DNA from: Acidimicrobiales bacterium
Lineage (GTDB): Bacteria; Actinomycetota; Acidimicrobiia; Acidimicrobiales; CAIXPF01
Direction of reading: 5' to 3'
Assembly (NCBI GenBank): GCA_041394365.1
Contig: JAWKIM010000015.1
Span: forward strand, 69,658 to 133,657
DNA length: 64,000 nt
Positions 63,150 to 64,000 of the stretch are shown here, piece by piece. The notes beneath the pieces are model-generated. The model was given only the letters and a program-made list of their open reading frames with translations. It made no database searches and was not told where the DNA came from. The first letter of the stretch is position 1; each line of letters begins with the position of its first letter. The translations under genes were made by a program, and so were the position numbers.

Positions 63150-64000
63150 TTATCGCAACGAATCGAGCGCGCCGCGCAGATCGGCCACCAGATCGTCGGC
63201 CGACTCGATGCCGATCGACAGCCGCACCAGACCGGGCGGTACCTCCAGCGCCGAACCGGCGGCCGAGGCGTGGGTCATGCGGGCGGGGTGCTCGATCAGC
63301 GACTCGACCGCACCGAGCGACTCGGCCAGCGTGAACAGCTCGGTGCGGGCCACCACCGCCAGCGCCTCCTCCTCGGTGGCCAGCTCGAAGCTGACCATGC
63401 CGCCGAAGTCCCGCATCTGCTTGGCGGCGGCCGCATGGCCGGGGTGGTCGGGCAGCTGTGGGTAGCGCACCCGCTGCACCGCCGGATGGCCGACGAGCAG
63501 GTCCACCACCGCCCGGGCGTTGCTGCAGTGGCGGTCCATGCGCAGGCCGAGCGTCTTGACGCCGCGCAGCAGCAGGTACAGATCGAACGGTGAGGGCACC
63601 GCCCCGGTGGCGTTCTGCAGGAAGCGCAATGGCTCGGCCAACTCGGCGTTGGAGGTGGCCACGAACCCGCCGACCACGTCGCTGTGCCCGCCGAGGTACT
63701 TGGTGGCCGAGTGGACCACGGCGTCCGCCCCCACCGCCAGGGGTCTGCAGGTAGGGCGTGGCGAACGTGTTGTCCACCACCACCAGCGCGCCGTGGCGGT
63801 GGGCAACCTCGGCGATGGCCTCGATGTCGATGCAGGTGAGCAACGGGTTGGTGGGCGTCTCCAGCCACACCAGCGCAGCGCCGTCGGGGAAGTCGGCGTC
63901 GAGGGCGGCGGGGTCGGTCAGATCGGCCGCCCACCACGGGTGGCCCGCCGGCCGGAACACCTTGTCGATCAGGCGGTAGGTGCCGCCGTAGGCGTCGTTG
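63150..64000 (-). CDS. Cys/Met-metabolism PLP enzyme (cystathionine gamma-synthase/beta-lyase family), C-terminal part, runs off window end; one frameshift near 63740
   Basis: ETPTNPLL, VVVDNTFATPYLQ, HSATKYLGGHSDVVGG (PLP Lys), FTLAESLGAVESLIEHPARMTHAS, RLSIGIE. Confidence 0.85.

Overview
High-GC (roughly 70%) chromosomal segment of actinobacterial type, judged from codon usage, F420/LLM and PPOX enzymes, and the DUF families present. I could support about 60 protein-coding genes. I saw no rRNA, tRNA, CRISPR array, transposase or integrase. Left third (1-23.7 kb): housekeeping and accessory genes, namely a Mo-oxidoreductase fragment, SDR, TauD, DUF808, two tandem CNNM/hemolysin-type proteins, cupin dioxygenase, MFS, GMC oxidoreductase, DUF368, PhyH, a hemerythrin-like/SRPBCC/ABC-exporter/methyltransferase/XRE-cupin module, NeuD-type acetyltransferase, MFS, DUF1330, VOC and sqr. 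Middle (24.1-31.7 kb): five co-directional minus-strand genes (AI-2E transporter, GH65 phosphorylase, HAD/beta-PGM, esterase, Baeyer-Villiger monooxygenase), all broken by many frameshifts. 31.9-46.0 kb: two hydantoinase/dihydropyrimidinase plus N-carbamoyl-amidohydrolase modules with two LLM oxidoreductases, a MocR regulator, a NitT/TauT-type ABC importer, a class-III aminotransferase and a CMD-family protein, mostly linked by ATGA/GTGA stop-start overlaps. Right part: secreted beta-propeller/PQQ-type dehydrogenase fusion, a string of hypothetical genes, PPOX, DHA2 MFS, thioesterase, frameshifted pfk, acyl-CoA carboxyltransferase, YihY, GAF-PAS-GGDEF cyclase, SsuD-like LLM and a partial Cys/Met PLP enzyme. 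The most interesting signals are non-genic. (1) The interrupted palindrome TACC-N4-GGTA occurs 12 times (5 perfect ATACC-N4-GGTAT) against about 0.5 expected from base composition, and inside genes it is built from rare codons. (2) A ~165-185 bp structured repeat is present as an inverted pair bracketing a 5.2 kb gene module. (3) A tandem 11-mer plus a (G4T)4 quadruplex motif has a related copy 36 kb away, next to a 16-bp-arm perfect hairpin. (4) Frameshift density is very uneven. All calls come from reading translations by eye, with no database search. Boundaries of frameshifted genes are approximate (about +/-50 nt).
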